A stretch of DNA of 64,000 nt from a virus, in IMG/VR virus record IMGVR_UViG_3300042511_000631, positions 1-64,000 of that record; one strand, given 5' to 3'. Within the stretch, counting starts at the first letter, position 1, and the number at the start of each line of letters is the position of its first letter. The notes beneath the pieces are model-generated. The model made no database searches, was not told where the DNA came from, and was given only the letters and a program-made list of their open reading frames with translations. Position numbers and translations under genes: made by a program. Below, one piece after another: positions 59,255 to 64,000 of the stretch.

Positions 59255-59547
59255 AAAGCTGGCGCTACAACGCTAAGTGTCGCGGCATGGATACTGAATT
59301 ATGGTATCCCCCAAGAGATAAAACCAAATACAAAACTATTGCCGAAGTATCTAAAGCTGTGTGCTACGGCAAAGATGGTTTACCAGAGTGCCCTGTTCGT
59401 AAGCAGTGCTTGTTGTATGCAGACAAGATGGATGAGCAGCACGGTATCTGGGGCGGTATGTCACACCGCGAACGTAACGCATTAAAACGTAAAGCTACAA
59501 AAATGGGTTACTCTTTAAAAGATTGGGTAGAACGAAAGAAACCGTGA
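59224..59547 (+). CDS. whiB: WhiB-family transcription factor
   Basis: W...AKC.G.D...WYP, C...CPVRKQC, GIWGG. Confidence 0.92.
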   Translation: MYLYQDNEHVESWRYNAKCRGMDTELWYPPRDKTKYKTIAEVSKAVCYGKDGLPECPVRKQCLLYADKMDEQHGIWGGMSHRERNALKRKATKMGYSLKDWVERKKP

Positions 59548-59559
59548 TAGGGTGCCAGA

Positions 59560-60420
59560 ATGGCATACAAATCAACCGGATCATTAAAAAGTTTTATTGA
59601 AGCTGGCAAAAAAGAAACCCGTGTCCTAGGTTCTGTAGAGCGACACGTATTGGTTACTCCTCGAGATGAGGCTCCCCGCAGGCACGATGTCCTGCATCCT
59701 TCCGAAATGGCCGGAACAGATTGGTGCCACCGCGCCTCTTATTTTCAGTTGTTAGGTCACCCACCGGCCGATCGCAAGTTCTCATTTAAATTGCTATCTG
59801 TATTTGAAGAAGGCCACGCAATTCACGCAAAGTGGCAGGGTTGGTTTAAAGACATGAACAACCTATATGGAAAATACTATTGTACTGATTGCCGAGATAG
59901 TTTTTGGGGACTTCCCTCAGACCATCAGATTGATCCAAAAGCTTTACGTTACAACGAAGTGCCATTAGATTACGAACCTTTGCGTATATCGGGGCATTCA
60001 GACGGCTGGTTAATTGGTTTCGGTAACCCACTAATGCTTGAAATTAAGTCTATTGGTATGGGCACGCTTAGATATGAAGCGCCACAGTTGTTAAAAGAAA
60101 ATGACAATGATTTTGAGAAAACATGGAAAGCTTTGTCTGAGCCTTTTGGAAAACATGTTACGCAGGTACAGATTTATATGAAGTTAGCCGAGTTAATTGG
60201 TTACGAAAACGTACCGCAAGAGGCTGTATTGATTTATGAGTCTAAAGCTACGCAAGATGTAAAAGAGTTTGTAGTTCCAAAGAGCGATTTTTCTATTAGC
60301 CATATCTTTGCTGCCGCAGAAAAGATTGTTAAAGCTGTTGACAGCCGTTCACCCCTTGATTGTAATATTGGGCCAGTGAGTTGTTCAAAGTGTAAGGGGT
60401 ATAGCAATGAGTCCAATTGA
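59560..60420 (+). CDS. Cas4-like PD-(D/E)XK exonuclease
   Basis: HPSE..C, GHSDG, LEIKS, QVQIY, C-terminal C..CxxC; leaderless TGa-TAGGGT-N6-ATG. Confidence 0.85.
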   Translation: MAYKSTGSLKSFIEAGKKETRVLGSVERHVLVTPRDEAPRRHDVLHPSEMAGTDWCHRASYFQLLGHPPADRKFSFKLLSVFEEGHAIHAKWQGWFKDMNNLYGKYYCTDCRDSFWGLPSDHQIDPKALRYNEVPLDYEPLRISGHSDGWLIGFGNPLMLEIKSIGMGTLRYEAPQLLKENDNDFEKTWKALSEPFGKHVTQVQIYMKLAELIGYENVPQEAVLIYESKATQDVKEFVVPKSDFSISHIFAAAEKIVKAVDSRSPLDCNIGPVSCSKCKGYSNESN

Positions 60421-60904
60421 ATTACAAATGGCGGATGCTAGTAAAAGAGCTATAGACAAGCTTAAAGGTCAAGGTCTTAGCATAAACGAGGATTACACAT
60501 ATGATCCGCCATCATTACCTATGGATGTTACTTCTGTAGATGACGATGAGTTAATGGACATGTACGCTAAATATGTGGCTTATTTAGAGTTTATTAACCT
60601 CCAGCTGTGGTGCGCAAACACTGACAAGTCTGAGGCTGAAAAAGATATGGTTTTAGTTAAGTCTAGAAAAAAATTAACAATGAAGGCTGCCGGTACGGCA
60701 GTAGCTTTACTTGATGCTGAGATTGAAGTAGATGACGAGTACCGAGTTAAGGCTGATAAGTTTCAAGAGCTAGACAACTACCACAGCCTTATTCAAATTA
60801 TGTCTAGCAAGCTGTCTAAAGATATTTCGTTTATTAACCGTGAGATTACTCGTCGAGTGAATTTAAATAAAATGGCTGGACGAGGCCCGTGGCTAACCCC
60901 CTGA
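60407..60904 (+). CDS. helical protein, possibly a UvsY-like recombination mediator
   Basis: Coiled coil, size and position among recombination genes. Confidence 0.4.
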   Translation: MSPIELQMADASKRAIDKLKGQGLSINEDYTYDPPSLPMDVTSVDDDELMDMYAKYVAYLEFINLQLWCANTDKSEAEKDMVLVKSRKKLTMKAAGTAVALLDAEIEVDDEYRVKADKFQELDNYHSLIQIMSSKLSKDISFINREITRRVNLNKMAGRGPWLTP

Positions 60905-61437
60905 AAACATTCGGTAGCCCAGCCGAGCTTCTGGGCAGTCCAGTCTATGTAGGCATAGATCAGTCTTACAGCGGGTTTGCCACGACAATTTTGCGGGGCG
61001 ATAACCAGTGGACAACGGTATACAAGTCTGAGCAGCGCGGGATTGACCGGTTAAAAGATATACAAGCGCATGTAATGGAGTTGTTAGTTCAATTTGAGAT
61101 AAAAGATGTAGCTATGGAAGGCTACGCATTTGGATCTCAAATGGCTAATATGCTTGGTGAGCTAGGCGGAATGGTAAAGCTGACGCTGTTAGATTTTGGC
61201 GTTTACCCATTAATCGTGCCCCCTACAAGCTTAAAGAAGTACGTTACCGGCAAAGGCAACGGTATTTCAAAGAGTCAGATGCTGTTGTATGTTTACAAAA
61301 AGTGGGGCGTAGATTTTACTGACGACAATGCCGCTGATTCATACTCGTTAGCTCGCTTAGTGGCGGGAATGCACCAAACAGCTTATGAAAAAGAAGTGTA
61401 CGATAAACTCCAAGATCCAAAGTTTAGGGAGAAATAA
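60889..61437 (+). CDS. ruvC: RuvC-like Holliday junction resolvase
   Basis: VGIDQS, AMEGY, LKKYVTGKG, DNAADS. Confidence 0.88.
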   Translation: MANPLKTFGSPAELLGSPVYVGIDQSYSGFATTILRGDNQWTTVYKSEQRGIDRLKDIQAHVMELLVQFEIKDVAMEGYAFGSQMANMLGELGGMVKLTLLDFGVYPLIVPPTSLKKYVTGKGNGISKSQMLLYVYKKWGVDFTDDNAADSYSLARLVAGMHQTAYEKEVYDKLQDPKFREK

Positions 61438-61661
61438 TGAATAAAGAAGCCCGCGAAATACTGCGCAAATTAGAGAATGCTAAACTTGAAGTTAAATTTT
61501 TAGAGGCTGAGTACAGCGCCGTGTGCGAGTGCAACGAAAAAATTCCTGGTGTTAAATTTGAATCTCAGTCTTACCAAAAGCTTTATAAAACGTGTCAACA
61601 CCACGAAGTAAAACTAAGACATAGTCATTTCCCAGAAAGCCAACACCATGCCGGCATATGA
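61437..61661 (+). CDS. hypothetical protein
   Basis: Coupled ORF. Confidence 0.6.
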   Translation: MNKEAREILRKLENAKLEVKFLEAEYSAVCECNEKIPGVKFESQSYQKLYKTCQHHEVKLRHSHFPESQHHAGI

Positions 61662-61818
61662 CTTTGTATGTATGAAATGCGATCGCACAGTAGAGATGCA
61701 CTTTGCGTTTGATTCGGTTCAACGCCCGACTTGTTCTGAGTGCGGAGAGTTTATGACTAAGTCCTACACCCCACCATCTATTCAGTTTAAAGGCGGAGGC
61801 TGGGGAGGTCAAGGATGA
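61648..61818 (+). CDS. FmdB-like zinc-ribbon protein (56 aa)
   Basis: MPAYDFVCMKC...CSECG....FKGGGW; not in the ORF track. Confidence 0.85.
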   Translation: MPAYDFVCMKCDRTVEMHFAFDSVQRPTCSECGEFMTKSYTPPSIQFKGGGWGGQG

Positions 61819-62054
61819 GTAAGACTAAAGATAAAAGAGAAGCCCGTAAAGCAGAAGCTGAGTCTTTTGTAAAAGAACGGCGTCAAGTACAGATGGCGGT
61901 GTTTGAAAGTAACTTTAATGTAGGCCTTGATCTATACGAGCGAACTAAAGATAAGATGTCTAAAGAAGAACTTGCGTTAATTGAAGCAGAGATTGCTCGT
62001 AACCGTAAGTTAATTGATGAGTGGAAAGAGAGGTGGGGTAGTGAAGAAGAGTGA
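61815..62054 (+). CDS. hypothetical protein
   Basis: ATGA coupling. Confidence 0.7.
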   Translation: MSKTKDKREARKAEAESFVKERRQVQMAVFESNFNVGLDLYERTKDKMSKEELALIEAEIARNRKLIDEWKERWGSEEE

Positions 62055-62262
62055 AGACCAAGAGCTACGCAGCTGCGGGTACATGACCCCTGATGAATTT
62101 GTCGACAAATTAGTTCCAGGGCTTAAAGAATATTTAAACAAAAATTGGGGAATGGTTCCCGATCGGCTATACCATCCAGAGGATTTAGCGTCTAACGTTG
62201 CTATCTATATGGAAGTGGCTTATCACGTGCTTGTGGATTTCGGTGCTCGACCTCCGCGATAA
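62041..62262 (+). CDS. hypothetical protein
   Basis: GTG start after GAGGTG. Confidence 0.6.
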   Translation: MKKSEDQELRSCGYMTPDEFVDKLVPGLKEYLNKNWGMVPDRLYHPEDLASNVAIYMEVAYHVLVDFGARPPR

Positions 62263-62416
62263 GGAAGCCCCGCTGCACGTATGTGCCTGTGGGTCGACCT
62301 TATGGAATGTTAAAGTTATGTTTGAAGATGGGGAAATATCCCTATATATGCTTGATATGGAGTGTGCTTTGTGCGGAAGTCTGGCCACCGCACCTACACC
62401 TTTAGACACACAATAA
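62243..62416 (+). CDS. small Zn-ribbon protein
   Basis: HVCACGS...ECALCGS; start codon uncertain. Confidence 0.65.
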   Translation: MLDLRDKEAPLHVCACGSTLWNVKVMFEDGEISLYMLDMECALCGSLATAPTPLDTQ

Positions 62417-62475
62417 GCCGGTAATCCCTCATAATTGCGGGTACGGGGTTCCACTATTCGTTAAACGAGGTACAC

Positions 62476-62754
62476 ATGTCCGAGCAACCAGAAGAGCAGA
62501 TCCTGCGCGTAAGCGCTGGTTCTAACCCACAAGCCGTAGCATCAGCAATCGCACACAGCATTTATGAAACCCGTGCTTGCAAACTTCGTGCCGTAGGCGC
62601 AGGCGCTGTCAATCAAGCCGTAAAGGCCATTGCCATTGCCCGTGGATACACCGCACCAAGAGGGCTTGATTTAAGCTGTATTCCAGGGTTTTCCAGCATT
62701 GAGAGCCACGATGGGCAGATTTCTGCCATTGTATTCTCAGTAACTGCGAGTTAA
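62476..62754 (+). CDS. spoVS: SpoVS-family protein
   Basis: LRVSAGSNPQAVASAIA...AVGAGAVNQAVKAIAIARG...PGF. Confidence 0.92.
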   Translation: MSEQPEEQILRVSAGSNPQAVASAIAHSIYETRACKLRAVGAGAVNQAVKAIAIARGYTAPRGLDLSCIPGFSSIESHDGQISAIVFSVTAS

Positions 62755-62814
62755 GCCATTATTTTTAAGTAAATAGACATACGATTTATTTACCCTTCGG
62801 CCAAAGGAAATTAA

Positions 62815-63147
62815 ATGAAAAAAGATTCAACTAAGAACTCAGCACCACTAGCTCCAACTTCAGCAAAGCCTTCAAACGCTACTGGATCAAAGCCACGTGT
62901 TGCCATGCCTGAAAAGGGCACCCTTATAAAGAAAAAGAACACAGCTGCTGGCGATCCAACAAAGATGGCTAAGCCTTCACGTTCTTTTGTAACCGCAACA
63001 GGCGGAGCTCGCTACGGTATTCGTGTTAAGTACCAAGCATCAACAGCTCCAGAAGCTACTTCAACACAGAGCAACGGCCGCTTACTAGCAGCCGCTGTAA
63101 AGCGTTCAGCACCTAACTTCGCAGATGGAATGCAAGACTATAACTAA
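62815..63147 (+). CDS. basic low-complexity hypothetical protein
   Basis: AAGGA RBS; followed by a terminator. Confidence 0.7.
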   Translation: MKKDSTKNSAPLAPTSAKPSNATGSKPRVAMPEKGTLIKKKNTAAGDPTKMAKPSRSFVTATGGARYGIRVKYQASTAPEATSTQSNGRLLAAAVKRSAPNFADGMQDYN

Positions 63148-63157
63148 TCTTTAAAAA

Positions 63158-63199
63158 TAAAATCCCCGGTATCTTTCGAGATGGCCGGGGATTTTTTTA
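63158..63199 (+). terminator. intrinsic terminator
   Basis: AAAATCCCCGG...CCGGGGATTTTTTT. Confidence 0.88.
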
Positions 63200-63318
63200 T
63201 GTATACTACTGTTGACTAGATTCGCTACCTAGACACGACCTGAACAAGTCGGTAAAAGGTTCAATTTTCATTTCCTTGTGGTAATCTTAACGCGTCATGA
63301 TGACGACAAGGAGAGAAC

Positions 63319-63558
63319 ATGCTTGATATTTTAACTAAACACCTTGAGGAAAAAGCTTCTATTAACTGTGTAGTAAGCGTTTGGATTGAGTCATTAGAAG
63401 AGGCTGAAAAAGAAGCATTTGCTAAATTAAAAGAGAATAATAAAAACGTTGTTCTTGCTTCATTATATAAGGAGTTAGATAACGCAGATCCTATGCCTTT
63501 TGGGTTAACTGCTTTTCGTTCCCACTTGAGAGGTTACTGCACATGTCTGAAAAGTTAA
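63319..63558 (+). CDS. hypothetical protein
   Basis: AGGAG RBS; C-terminal H..G.C.C. Confidence 0.7.
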   Translation: MLDILTKHLEEKASINCVVSVWIESLEEAEKEAFAKLKENNKNVVLASLYKELDNADPMPFGLTAFRSHLRGYCTCLKS

Positions 63559-64000
63559 AGATATTGGGAAAAACCCTTATTAACGCTGATTTAAACGGCG
63601 TTGAGTCTGATTTAAAAAAAGCTAATACTCCGCCTGAATACAGAGCTCGCTTAGATGTTGGGCCAGAGGGCGGATATTTTGTTTCAACACCCCGCACCGC
63701 CGGTGACCTTCCAGATGCGGTAGAGATGTTTAAAGATTTTGATTTAGATCCAAATGTGTGGGAAGTTATTAGTGTTCGTAAAAGCCGTTGGCAACGTTAT
63801 GACGGTGAATGGTTAGAAGCAGCTCGCGTAAGTATTAAGCCAACCGGACAAATATCAGGCAATGATCTTGACTACGATTTGTTAATTGATGAGGTAAAAA
63901 AATGGAAGCCAAGCAAGAAGGAACCGCACAGTGGAGCACTGTTCGCTATCTACGCGATAGGCGATACACAGTATGGCAAGGACGCGGGCGGTGGAACGGA
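63543..64000 (+). CDS. 5' part of a probable metallophosphoesterase/Mre11-like nuclease (truncated by window edge)
   Basis: Frame open to the window end; ...AIGDTQYGK first phosphoesterase-like motif. Confidence 0.6.
   Translation, partial: MSEKLKILGKTLINADLNGVESDLKKANTPPEYRARLDVGPEGGYFVSTPRTAGDLPDAVEMFKDFDLDPNVWEVISVRKSRWQRYDGEWLEAARVSIKPTGQISGNDLDYDLLIDEVKKWKPSKKEPHSGALFAIYAIGDTQYGKDAGGGT

Noticed and set aside
59560-60420. CRISPR-Cas locus
   Set aside because: Solo Cas4-like nuclease among recombination genes; no cas1/cas2 and no array.
1-64000. tRNA/rRNA genes, integrase, transposase, stop-codon reassignment
   Set aside because: None recognised by eye; conserved genes are full length in the standard code and use all three stop codons.

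Overview
This is a 64-kb internal segment of a large contractile-tailed (myovirus-type) dsDNA phage genome, almost entirely on the + strand. The host is most likely a low-GC freshwater Actinobacterium, inferred from two WhiB genes and repeated leaderless -10/ATG promoters. Gene order: end of a Pro-rich, Cys-tailed protein with a small 2OG-Fe(II) oxygenase module (1-2162); adhesin-like protein; a divergent whiB/secreted transglycosylase pair; lysis genes; terminase, portal, scaffold and major capsid; neck and fibre genes; an FN3-(PFF)n-Hint protein followed by a 9-kb tailoring-enzyme island; five tiny Lys-rich ORFs; sheath, tube, tape measure and baseplate; then a replication/recombination block (initiator, DnaC-like loader, DnaB, primase, dNMP kinase, SNF2, SSB, PolA, RecA, Cas4-like, RuvC, SpoVS). 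The island holds 7 prolyl-4-hydroxylase-like oxygenases, a GNAT-like protein, 2 DUF6065-like proteins, a GPx-like peroxidase and an SDR. The best candidate for a new system is a phage-encoded post-translational tailoring locus, seen twice in the window: a Pro-repeat virion protein sits directly upstream of its own prolyl-hydroxylase-like enzymes, in one case with a non-canonical Hint autoprocessing domain. All calls come from reading motifs by eye; no database searches were run.
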